A DNA stretch of 64,000 bases from Spirochaetae bacterium HGW-Spirochaetae-1 (GTDB taxonomy: Bacteria > Spirochaetota > UBA4802 > UBA5550). This document shows positions 17,682 to 25,867 of the stretch, one piece after another (the first letter of the stretch is position 1; every line of letters starts with the position of its first letter). The notes under the pieces are model-generated. The model was not told the DNA's origin, ran no database searches, and was given only the letters and a program-made list of their open reading frames with translations. Location: NCBI GenBank assembly GCA_002839375.1, contig PGXY01000002.1:473037-537036 (forward strand). The letters run 5' to 3'. The translations under genes and the position numbers were made by a program.

Positions 17682-19769
17682 CTATTTACCGGCCTGGATA
17701 GCCGTAATGATCACGGTGTTGATAATATCCGGTACTGTACAGCCCCTGCTCAGATCATTTACCGGTTTGTTGAGACCCTGCAGTATAGGACCGATTGCAA
17801 TAGCCCCGGTTTCGCGCTGGACTGCTTTATATGTATTGTTACCCGTATTAAGATCGGGAAATATAAAAACGGTGGCCTGTCCGGCTACTTCTGAATCGGG
17901 CATTTTAGTCGCGGCAACTGTTCTGGATACAGCCGCGTCATACTGTATGGGGCCTTCCATTTTCAGATCAGGGCGTATTTTTTTAGCCAGCACCGTAGCC
18001 TCGCGAACCCTGTCGACATCTTCACCGGTACCGCTGGTGCCTGTTGAGTATGACAGGAGGGCGACCCTGGGTTCAATACCGAAGATCATACCGGTTTCCG
18101 CTGAAGAAACGGCTATATGGGCAAGTTCCTCTGCACTGGGATTGGGGTTTACGGCACAGTCTCCATATACAAGAACCCTGTCTTCGAGGCACATGAGAAA
18201 GACGGAAGAAACAACGGGAACACCTGTTTTTGTTTTTATTATCTGAAGGGCTGGACGTATGGTGGATGCCGTAGAATGAACTGCACCGGAGACCATACCA
18301 TCGGCGTCTCCCAAATGGACCATCATCGTGCCGAAGTAACTTACATCATTCATGGCCGTCACTGCTGCATCCATGGTGAGTCCCTTGTTTTTCCGCAGAT
18401 TATGATAGGTGAGTGCGTAATGTTCCGTAAGTTCCGATGTCTGGGGGTCAATAATTCTCACGTTTTTCATGTCCAGACCCAGTTCTCTTATGCGGGATGA
18501 TATTTTATTTTCATCGCCTAGCAGAGTCAGTGTTACAATATCACGTGCTATGAGTGATTCAGCCGCCATAAGTACCCGATCTTCATTTCCTTCGGGCAGA
18601 ACAATGTGCATCCTTTTTTCCTTGGCTTTCTGGATGAGTCCATACTCGAACATCTTGGGAGTTATGATTTTCGTCGTTGCTTCGATGATTCGTCTGGAGA
18701 GCTCTTCTGAATCAATGTGAGTATCGAAAAGACTGAGGGCGGTCTGGATTTTATGGCTGTTTTCCGGAAGAATATCAGGTTTAAGATTCTCCATGAGAGA
18801 GGCTGTCCTGGTTATGGTCTCCGTCACTACGAGGATGGGAATTTTGAAAGGAAGCCCCTGAATGAGCTGAAGCACCATGTTGTCAATGACGAATTCAACG
18901 GTGAGGATTATGCCCGCCAATTCCGGGAAGTTTACCGATTGATTTACCATCATTGCTCCCAGAATGATGTCAACACGATCACCGGTTGTAATAATTATAG
19001 TCCCGTCTGAAAGGCCCCAGAGGTAATTTTCCAGGTGCATGCCGCCAATGGAGAATCTGTTAACGGGGCGGTTTAGCTGTTCTTCCCCGAAAAGAACAGT
19101 GGCTTTTAGATGTCTGACTATTTCGGCGATTGTGGGTGTATTGATTATGGAGCTTTCAGGCATAACCGCGATAAACTGTTCACTCAGATCGGTCTGTTCC
19201 CTGAGAATTTGACTGTACTGATCACAGCGGTCTTCATGAACGCGCGTAACAATGGTTCCGATTATTCTGCATCGCCTGGCACTGAAGGTTTCCTTAGCTA
19301 TTTTAATAGATTGAAGAATATTGTAAATTTCTTTTCTGTGGGCCGGGGTTATCAGAATAATTGGGCTGGCCAGGACTGAAGCGATGCGTGCATTTAAATC
19401 CATCTCGAAGGAGGAAGTCTCTTCTTTGAAATCAGTGCCATCGCAGAGTACAAAGTCATATCGTTCTTCCAGCTGTTTGTACTTGCGTACTATCCCCTCT
19501 AGGAATTCATCATATCTGCCGGCGGTGACGAGCTTTTCAGCTTCATCAAAGGTAAAAGCAAACATCTGTTCATCGGCAATATCAAGGCTGAAATAATTTT
19601 TTATGAGGGCGAAGTGTTCATGAGGTTTTTGTGAACCTGATATATGGACGATTGGGCGAAAATAGGCAACTTTATCAATTTTTCTCAACAGCAATTCCAT
19701 CAACCCAAGAGTTATTGCCTTTTTCCCGCTTTCCCCTTCCGTTGTTGTAAGATAGAGGTTTTTTGCCAT
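17682..19769 (-). CDS. pta: phosphate acetyltransferase (long form with N-terminal DRTGG/BioD-like domain)
   Basis: 695 aa. The N-terminal is the BioD-like regulatory domain and the C-terminal is the PTA_PTB catalytic domain. It sits immediately upstream of ackA on the same strand. Confidence 0.9.
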   Translation of the reverse strand: MAKNLYLTTTEGESGKKAITLGLMELLLRKIDKVAYFRPIVHISGSQKPHEHFALIKNYFSLDIADEQMFAFTFDEAEKLVTAGRYDEFLEGIVRKYKQLEERYDFVLCDGTDFKEETSSFEMDLNARIASVLASPIILITPAHRKEIYNILQSIKIAKETFSARRCRIIGTIVTRVHEDRCDQYSQILREQTDLSEQFIAVMPESSIINTPTIAEIVRHLKATVLFGEEQLNRPVNRFSIGGMHLENYLWGLSDGTIIITTGDRVDIILGAMMVNQSVNFPELAGIILTVEFVIDNMVLQLIQGLPFKIPILVVTETITRTASLMENLKPDILPENSHKIQTALSLFDTHIDSEELSRRIIEATTKIITPKMFEYGLIQKAKEKRMHIVLPEGNEDRVLMAAESLIARDIVTLTLLGDENKISSRIRELGLDMKNVRIIDPQTSELTEHYALTYHNLRKNKGLTMDAAVTAMNDVSYFGTMMVHLGDADGMVSGAVHSTASTIRPALQIIKTKTGVPVVSSVFLMCLEDRVLVYGDCAVNPNPSAEELAHIAVSSAETGMIFGIEPRVALLSYSTGTSGTGEDVDRVREATVLAKKIRPDLKMEGPIQYDAAVSRTVAATKMPDSEVAGQATVFIFPDLNTGNNTYKAVQRETGAIAIGPILQGLNKPVNDLSRGCTVPDIINTVIITAIQAGK

Positions 19770-19874
19770 GACTGCCTCGCTCGGTATAATGGACTACCAT
19801 GCATAATATACTGCATCTATGTCAGTCCTTCAATAGTGCTATGTATATTTTTAACATAGTATATTGGATAAATA

Positions 19875-20204
19875 ATGTATGGGATTTTCCCTCATGCCGA
19901 ATTAATGTACTTTACTCATTGCAGATATTGGGATAAATGGGGGAAAGTTTTAGTTCTCTGTATATTGTTCTGTAATTATTGGGATACATACATCATGGAA
20001 AAAATCTCCAAATTGATTCAGCTGGGTTTATTGTATTTTTTGAGAGTAATGAGGAAGGTTTTTGTAGTCATGATCATGGTCATCCTCTCATTTCTCTTAC
20101 TGTATAGCATCAAAACAGTCATGGGGATTAATCTTTTTGAGGACCTTTCCATTGTTGATTTTCTGGAATTTTTCCTTTCACTTTTTCAGGATCTGTTGCA
20201 ATGA
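19875..20204 (+). CDS. possible small hydrophobic protein translationally coupled (ATGA overlap) to downstream gene
   Basis: Hydrophobic ORF whose stop overlaps the ATG of the 20201 gene. There is no clear RBS and confidence is low. Confidence 0.25.
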   Translation: MYGIFPHAELMYFTHCRYWDKWGKVLVLCILFCNYWDTYIMEKISKLIQLGLLYFLRVMRKVFVVMIMVILSFLLLYSIKTVMGINLFEDLSIVDFLEFFLSLFQDLLQ

Positions 20205-21199
20205 CAAACATATCTGATAAAATTGGATTATCACTGACCAGGTACGTGATTCTGATCGTGATCCTGCTCATTGGTTCTATTAAACAGTCAAGTGCCCAGC
20301 TATACATGTGGACTTTCCAACTCGATAAGGCCGGACGGCAGGAGGCCTCCATCGAACTGGATCCATACTATAGCTGTGCTTATTATACAGTGGGGCTTAC
20401 CGATACTCCCATACCGAAAGAACAAATCAATTACGAATCAGAGCTGTACTGGCATATGATAAAAAATTTTTATCTTCCCCGGTTCGTACTTATTGAAGCA
20501 AGCGTATACCCCCTGCCCATTACCGGTGTCATGCTTAAAAAACATTCGCGGGATTTTTATGATGACAGCGAGCTTATCAAAGGTGTAAATTTTATCAAAG
20601 CGGTTACAGAGGGATTTCCCGAGCCATGGGCAACATCCCTGCTTATTGGAAATGTGGCAAACTTTGTCAAGGGGGAAGACAACGATATCGTAGGAAAAGG
20701 TTTTTCAGGTTTGCTGCTTAGCTTTGGGAATCAGCACATTGTCGACAACATCATGGTTGACGACTACTGGCTCGAAACGGAATTGAAACTGAAGGGCACA
20801 GATTTACGGGAAATACATTCTCTTAGTTACAGCTACGGTATAGGTGTAAAAAAGCATTTCAATGAGGAAATTCGTGATCAACTTTATATTTCTATAAAGC
20901 GCAATAGGATAGATTATCGGAAGGGAAATATGAATCCTTTCCTCGGATTCTTTGTCCGGAACACGGAACAGCAATTGCGTATGGATTTTGATCTGGAAAG
21001 GTTTTACAAAGGAAAAATATCAAAGCTGCTTGTACTTTTGGGTAAAAACTTCCCCATCGGTGATGGTTCTGTAACTCTTTCCTTCAGTGCCGGTTTTCTG
21101 AAAATATTCGGTGACAGTTACACCGGTACATTGAAACAGGAAGTGGGTCAGGAATGGATATTTTTGGTTCGACCAAATATTCATTTAAAATTTGATTGA
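20201..21199 (+). CDS. hypothetical secreted / outer-membrane-associated protein
   Basis: 332 aa. N-terminal signal/TM (YVILIVILLIGSIKQSSAQ). The beta-rich, aromatic-rich composition is compatible with a beta-barrel. Confidence 0.5.
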   Translation: MTNISDKIGLSLTRYVILIVILLIGSIKQSSAQLYMWTFQLDKAGRQEASIELDPYYSCAYYTVGLTDTPIPKEQINYESELYWHMIKNFYLPRFVLIEASVYPLPITGVMLKKHSRDFYDDSELIKGVNFIKAVTEGFPEPWATSLLIGNVANFVKGEDNDIVGKGFSGLLLSFGNQHIVDNIMVDDYWLETELKLKGTDLREIHSLSYSYGIGVKKHFNEEIRDQLYISIKRNRIDYRKGNMNPFLGFFVRNTEQQLRMDFDLERFYKGKISKLLVLLGKNFPIGDGSVTLSFSAGFLKIFGDSYTGTLKQEVGQEWIFLVRPNIHLKFD

Positions 21200-21361
21200 T
21201 TTTTTTTACCTTTATTCATCATATACATTTAAACTGAAATAAAGTCTGAATTTTCCAAGCACGACCGGGCGGAAATAACTGATGTATTTTAATATGAAGA
21301 AAGAAAATTATTTTGTTTGATTATTATAATTGTATCAGGTATTATAAAAAAGAAAAATATA

Positions 21362-21727
21362 ATGGATGTTGAAATTAAAAATTTAGAAAAGCTTATGATC
21401 GTTTACCTGAAAGGTAGGATGGATCTTGTTAAATCCAACGATTTGGAAAGAAGTCTTTTTAAACTTATCAATGAAGAAAAAGGAAAACACCTTCTTTTAA
21501 ATTTTGAAGATGTGGATTATCTTCACAGTTCCGGTGTCCGGATGCTCATTTCTCTGCACATCCGGCTGGAGGAACATGGGGCAATGCTCATGCTTTGCTG
21601 CATAAATCAGGCAGTGAAAAAAATTCTGGAATTTGTCGATATTATGGATATGATAAAAATTTTTAACAGTGAAGAGGAAGCCATCACTGCGTTTCCTGCA
21701 AGCGATGCTGGAGGATATCATGGATGA
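21362..21727 (+). CDS. STAS-domain anti-sigma-factor antagonist (RsbV/SpoIIAA-like), first of tandem pair
   Basis: The ATG at 21362 gives MDVEIKNLEKLMIVYLKGRMDLVKSN...DVDYLHSSGVRMLISL, a typical STAS fold. Confidence 0.75.
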   Translation: MDVEIKNLEKLMIVYLKGRMDLVKSNDLERSLFKLINEEKGKHLLLNFEDVDYLHSSGVRMLISLHIRLEEHGAMLMLCCINQAVKKILEFVDIMDMIKIFNSEEEAITAFPASDAGGYHG

Positions 21728-22061
21728 TACTATTAAGATAAAAAAAACCAAGGGTGTAATAATTATCTATCTTTCAGGGAGACTGGATCTGAATTCCTCG
21801 CATTTTATCGAGATGGGGATAAAGGACATATTAAAAGATGATAAAAGCAGCCACATATTGCTGAACCTTGCAAATGTTGATTTTATCGTTAGCTCCACCC
21901 TCCATATGTTCATGACGATAAAAAATGAATTAAAGAAAATGAATAAGAACCTCATGCTCTGCAATATAAATGAACAGGTTGAAAATGTATTAAAAGTAGT
22001 TGATTTGATAAATACCTTTGAAATTTACTCAACAGAAGAGGAAGCACTGGCGGTGATATAA
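21720..22061 (+). CDS. STAS-domain anti-sigma-factor antagonist, second of tandem pair
   Basis: The ATG at 21720 is preceded by GGAGG with a 5-nt spacer and overlaps the upstream stop (ATGGATGA). The protein reads MDDTIKIKKTKGVIIIYLSGRLDLNSS...VDFIVSSTLHMFMTI. Confidence 0.75.
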   Translation: MDDTIKIKKTKGVIIIYLSGRLDLNSSHFIEMGIKDILKDDKSSHILLNLANVDFIVSSTLHMFMTIKNELKKMNKNLMLCNINEQVENVLKVVDLINTFEIYSTEEEALAVI

Positions 22062-22109
22062 AAGGGATTTAATCGTTAAATATTTGGGGGGTCTTGCTTA
22101 ACTGTGATA

Positions 22110-22319
22110 TCATTCTATTATCTCAAAATGACCTGACTGAATAACAAGATATTTTTCAATAGTATAATTTTCCAGCCAGCCCAGCGCAATAAGAATCTGT
22201 CCTATTTTTTTACCCCTGTATTCCGTATTGGTTTTCTGAAAGTCAAGTGCAATAGTCACCTGTTCTCTGGTGAGCCTGTAGTCTTCTACAAGCAGTTCTC
22301 CTAATCTTCTCTTTTCCAT
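22110..22319 (-). CDS. standalone MshEN-like (T2SS-E N-terminal-type) domain protein, putative c-di-GMP-binding
   Basis: 69 aa. MEKRRLGELLVEDYRLTREQVTIALDFQ...GKKIGQILIALGWLENYTIEKYL matches the bipartite RLGxxLxxxGxxxxxQLxxAL...LGxxL MshEN motif pair. Confidence 0.5.
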   Translation of the reverse strand: MEKRRLGELLVEDYRLTREQVTIALDFQKTNTEYRGKKIGQILIALGWLENYTIEKYLVIQSGHFEIIE

Positions 22320-22643
22320 GTTTCTACCAGTCTGAAGGTTGATGAATATATTTTTTATTCCAATATAACAAATATATTCTATTTGTCAAGAATAAACCGT
22401 CCAGCCGGTAATATTTGCGGTATTTTCATATTACCTAACTCAATTATTTGGAAAAAAACTTTATTTCTTTCATATCCGTTGGGCTAACATCGGGAGGTGA
22501 TGAAGCGGCAGCCTCTTCCATGAGCAAGGAAATGGCAAAGGGGGCTATATGGATGGCTCTCTGGTAAATAGGGGAATCCTCAAGGGACAAGCTGCACATA
22601 CTCCGGACGTCTATTTGTGGGGGAGAAAAAGAATCTGATTTAT

Positions 22644-22672
22644 TTAGAAAAAGACTGCCCGTGAGGGCAGTC
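22644..22672 (-). terminator. rho-independent terminator: gactgccc-GTGA-gggcagtc followed by T-run on minus strand
   Basis: Perfect 8-bp GC-rich stem with a GNRA-like tetraloop, followed by TTTTTCT on the minus strand. It lies about 50 nt past the stop of the 22723-23058 gene. Confidence 0.55.
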
Positions 22673-22722
22673 GTGATGAAGTGTGTGAGATTAAATAGCT
22701 ACTGGCATAATTTAAAAGCCAA

Positions 22723-23058
22723 TCAGGCATGCGCCAATTCACGCTGCAGGGGGAACACCTCGGAAAGCTGGTAATTGGCATCACCCGGCATAAGATGAGC
22801 AGGATCATCACTGTCGTGAAGATAGGTGATTTCCAGTAAAGAACCGCGACATAAAAGTTCAAAAATATATGTTTTTACCGCTGTCGTGTTGATGGCTCGG
22901 ATGTGATATTTGAAATAGTCACGTTTTGGTGAAGCCAGATGACAATCAAAGCAAATATCGTTGCAACTGGCGTTATTCTGTTCCAGCCATTGTGAGATAA
23001 ATTCGCATGCCCGTTTTTGCGACACTCTCTGTTTGAAATTAAAAACATTGATATCCAT
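22723..23058 (-). CDS. hypothetical Cys-containing protein (111 aa)
   Basis: The ORF is followed by a clean terminator. It carries a CNDICFDCH motif and no recognisable family. Confidence 0.4.
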   Translation of the reverse strand: MDINVFNFKQRVSQKRACEFISQWLEQNNASCNDICFDCHLASPKRDYFKYHIRAINTTAVKTYIFELLCRGSLLEITYLHDSDDPAHLMPGDANYQLSEVFPLQRELAHA

Positions 23059-23286
23059 GATGCCCCCGTCTATATATTTTTGGGGAAAAATATGATTTTG
23101 TATATTAATTCAGTGTATACCCTAATGACACCTCATTAAGATTTGAATTAATCAGGGTAATATAATAAAATTACCAATACATGACAACTGATTAAACAAA
23201 AAAAATCATTTAATTTATAAAAAAAATCATTTTTTCCAGTGGGAACCAGGGGAGGCAAATCTAAGAACTGAAAAGCAAAGCTATTT

Positions 23287-23454
23287 TTATAGGTAATCGG
23301 TCAGTTTTTTTTGTACCTGCTCTCTGAAGAGATCTCCATGATATTTGCTTGTTTCTCTCAGAATATCATCAAGGGAAACACCCAGGCTGGTTGCTTCATG
23401 AACCATCCTGCAGTAGGATTTAATTTTATGTTGATTTGATATACGTTTTTTCAT
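23287..23454 (-). CDS. small protein (55 aa) not in ORF track
   Basis: Manual translation gives MKKRISNQHKIKSYCRMVHEATSLGVSLDDILRETSKYHGDLFREQVQKKLTDYL. A strong RBS (AAGGAG, 6-nt spacer) precedes it. It sits immediately downstream of the REC-PP2C gene on the same strand. Confidence 0.4.
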   Translation of the reverse strand: MKKRISNQHKIKSYCRMVHEATSLGVSLDDILRETSKYHGDLFREQVQKKLTDYL

Positions 23455-23549
23455 GGGAATCTCCTTAATGATCTGTTATTAAATAATCGGCATTACAAGT
23501 TCTCGGCAATAAATAACTTTTAGCGGCAAATATGAAATTCGAATATTTT

Positions 23550-25667
23550 TTATAGAGAGTTTTTCATATCAAGGGCAGTTTGGTTATCCGGGTCAATTGA
23601 AAGTATACCGTCCAGTGATTTATCGGCTTCGATGTAATTTCCATTTTCGATATAAATTTTTGCAAGATGCAGCAAATATCTTATGTTCTGGGGCAGCCGC
23701 AGGCAGACTCTTTCAGCCAGTTCACGGGCCTTTTCCAGGTTCCCCTTTGCTCTGAAACAAAAAGAAGCGGCAAACATAAGTGATGTGTCATGGGGGCGGA
23801 TATCGATATATGCGTCGCAGTATTCAGCAGCGGCTTCGTATAATTTATTATTGATCATATATCGTATAAGATTCCGAAGCAGTACTGGATTCCCCGGATA
23901 TATTTTAACGGCATCAAGCAGGACTGAGATGATATCATCTATGCTGTGTGTTTTTTCCATGTCACGTACAGCAGTTATAATGTCGCTGATTTCGTTTGTT
24001 TTATAGTTAATGGCTGGATGGAAAGAACTGATTTTGAGAAGAGACAGATCGTCTGTCAGTCTTCCCCGGGAAAGGATGGCATCAAAAATTCTTTTAAGTT
24101 CCCCGTCTCCTTCCTCGACCAAATTAAGAAACAGGTTGGAGTCTTCATTCAGCATCGGTGCGGCGGAAGCAGCATTTAACAGAATATCATCACGTCCGTC
24201 AGAGCCCATGATAATGATGTCCCCGGGTTTCATCTGCCATGTGTGGACTTGCAGTATCATGCCGGGTTCAACAACTCCCAGCTTCCAGAGCTGATGCCTG
24301 TTCTCGATAAAAGAGGCCCTGCCATCGCGATAAATAACCGTTCGTGGATGTTCAGCATTGATAAAATATACCAACCCGGTTTCATCATCGATCAATCCGA
24401 AGATGATGGAAACAAGCATGGAGCCGTCAAAGCTTTCAAATACATGCTGCAGTTCGCTATAGGTGCTTTTTATCCAGTGCTCAGGCGGCAGATTCTGTTC
24501 AATGGAGGAAAAACGAGTTCTGTTAATTATTGATTGAAATACAGCGCCAAGAACGAGCGCTCCTCCGGCACCCTGAATTGATTTTCCCATAGCGTCGGCG
24601 TTGGCAAAAACTCCGTATTTTTTCCCCTTGAGGTTAATGATATGGGCGAAGCAGATATCCCCGCCAATTTCTCGCTGCCATTTGCGGAACCGGAATTCCT
24701 TTTTCTGTTTAATGAAAAAATCGATACCGGCGTTTTCCAGCATGGAATGGTTATAGTTGAAGGGTTCAAGGAGAAGGCTGGTGAGAAAATAATCGCCATC
24801 CTGCGTGGATTTCATATCCTGGATTTTTTTCAAGGTGCTGCGCAGTTCAATTTGAACTGTTTTCAGGTCAGTTATATCCTCTCCTATGCACTGATATTCG
24901 ATTATTTCATTCTGCAGGTTCGCGATGGCCTGGATAGTCCACATCTGCCAGCGTGTCTTCCCGGCAATGAGTGAAGCGTATTCGAAGGTTACGAGGGGAT
25001 TGTCTGTGTTCAGCATTTTGATGTGGCCCGACAGCTCGTCGATTTTATTTTTGTCTATGAATTTGAACAGGCTTTCTCCCAGGATTTGCTGCCGCTCGAT
25101 CCCGAAATAAAGGCAAAGACCGTTATTTACGAAAGATATAATATTGCTTTCATCGTTGAACAGGCGCAGAATCATGATGGGAGAATTTTCTATCAGACCG
25201 CGATAACGCTTTTCGCTGAGTTCCAGTGCGATGTCTGAACGTCTTTTTTCCAGGGAAAGCTTATAGGCCTGTATGGCCGTTATTATCGAATAACCGAGGA
25301 TATCATGGGCATTGACATCGGAGAGGATATTTTTTGTAAGGTAGTCATAGGCTCCTTCCTTGATGGACCTGGCTGCAATGGTTTCATCCCCCTGGCTGGT
25401 GATGATAATTACCGGAATCAGGATACCCTTTACGGACAGCTCCTTCAATATAGCTATACCATCCACATCGGGAAGCATATAATCAAGGAGTATACAGTCA
25501 AAGTGTTCATCGGTGAGACGGGAAAAAAGGGATTCCCTTGATGAAGCGGTAGTAACCATGAAGGATTTATTTTTAGCCAGTATACGCTGGATAAGAACCT
25601 GCGTTGACTCGTCATCCTCGATGAGCAGGATTTTTATTTTGTTTTCTGTATCGTTTCTGTTCAGCAT
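23550..25667 (-). CDS. response-regulator PP2C phosphatase: REC - PAS - PP2C/SpoIIE phosphatase - TPR repeats (RsbU/RsbP-like)
   Basis: 705 aa. It opens with the receiver KILLIEDDESTQVLI...CILLDYMLPDVDGIAILKEL. A PAS-like segment follows, then the PP2C/SpoIIE core (GDYFLTS, GKSIQGAGGALVLGAV, FINAEHP, IIMGSDGRDD). C-terminal TPR repeats end the protein. Confidence 0.8.
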   Translation of the reverse strand: MLNRNDTENKIKILLIEDDESTQVLIQRILAKNKSFMVTTASSRESLFSRLTDEHFDCILLDYMLPDVDGIAILKELSVKGILIPVIIITSQGDETIAARSIKEGAYDYLTKNILSDVNAHDILGYSIITAIQAYKLSLEKRRSDIALELSEKRYRGLIENSPIMILRLFNDESNIISFVNNGLCLYFGIERQQILGESLFKFIDKNKIDELSGHIKMLNTDNPLVTFEYASLIAGKTRWQMWTIQAIANLQNEIIEYQCIGEDITDLKTVQIELRSTLKKIQDMKSTQDGDYFLTSLLLEPFNYNHSMLENAGIDFFIKQKKEFRFRKWQREIGGDICFAHIINLKGKKYGVFANADAMGKSIQGAGGALVLGAVFQSIINRTRFSSIEQNLPPEHWIKSTYSELQHVFESFDGSMLVSIIFGLIDDETGLVYFINAEHPRTVIYRDGRASFIENRHQLWKLGVVEPGMILQVHTWQMKPGDIIIMGSDGRDDILLNAASAAPMLNEDSNLFLNLVEEGDGELKRIFDAILSRGRLTDDLSLLKISSFHPAINYKTNEISDIITAVRDMEKTHSIDDIISVLLDAVKIYPGNPVLLRNLIRYMINNKLYEAAAEYCDAYIDIRPHDTSLMFAASFCFRAKGNLEKARELAERVCLRLPQNIRYLLHLAKIYIENGNYIEADKSLDGILSIDPDNQTALDMKNSL

Positions 25668-25820
25668 GGCAATTTAGTATGTTGGTGCGTCTCACTTCTA
25701 TTATCGCACTCTTGTGTAGTAAATGCAATAAAAGAAAATTCAATACTATGAAATAAAATGCGTGGACAAACCGTCCGGTAATTTGTCGAGGCGGATTACG
25801 GTGCATGATCTTTCTGGGGG

Positions 25821-25850
25821 TTGACATAGCAGACTTTTTCAGGTTATACT
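25821..25850 (+). promoter_or_regulatory. near-consensus sigma70 promoter TTGACA-N17-TTATAC(T) for DHH-CBS gene
   Basis: TTGACA at 25821-25826 and TTATAC at 25844-25849. The predicted TSS is about 10 nt before the ATG at 25868, giving a very short or leaderless 5' UTR. Confidence 0.45.
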
Positions 25851-25867
25851 TTGTTGCGGTATATATT

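Noticed and set aside
22320-22722. 400-bp gap with GC-rich stretches; considered tRNA/ncRNA and a 7-codon mini-ORF with perfect RBS (GGAGGTG-ATG MKRQPLP)
   Set aside because: No tRNA hallmarks (no GTTCGAATC-type T-loop and no D-loop consensus). The mini-ORF is too short to support a call. The only solid feature here is the terminator hairpin at 22644-22672.
23198-23232. Direct repeat aaaaaaaatcattt...aaaaaaaatcattt in the AT-rich gap upstream of the 22723-23058 gene
   Set aside because: Low-complexity A/T run. Only two short copies, so it was not treated as a CRISPR-like or regulatory repeat.
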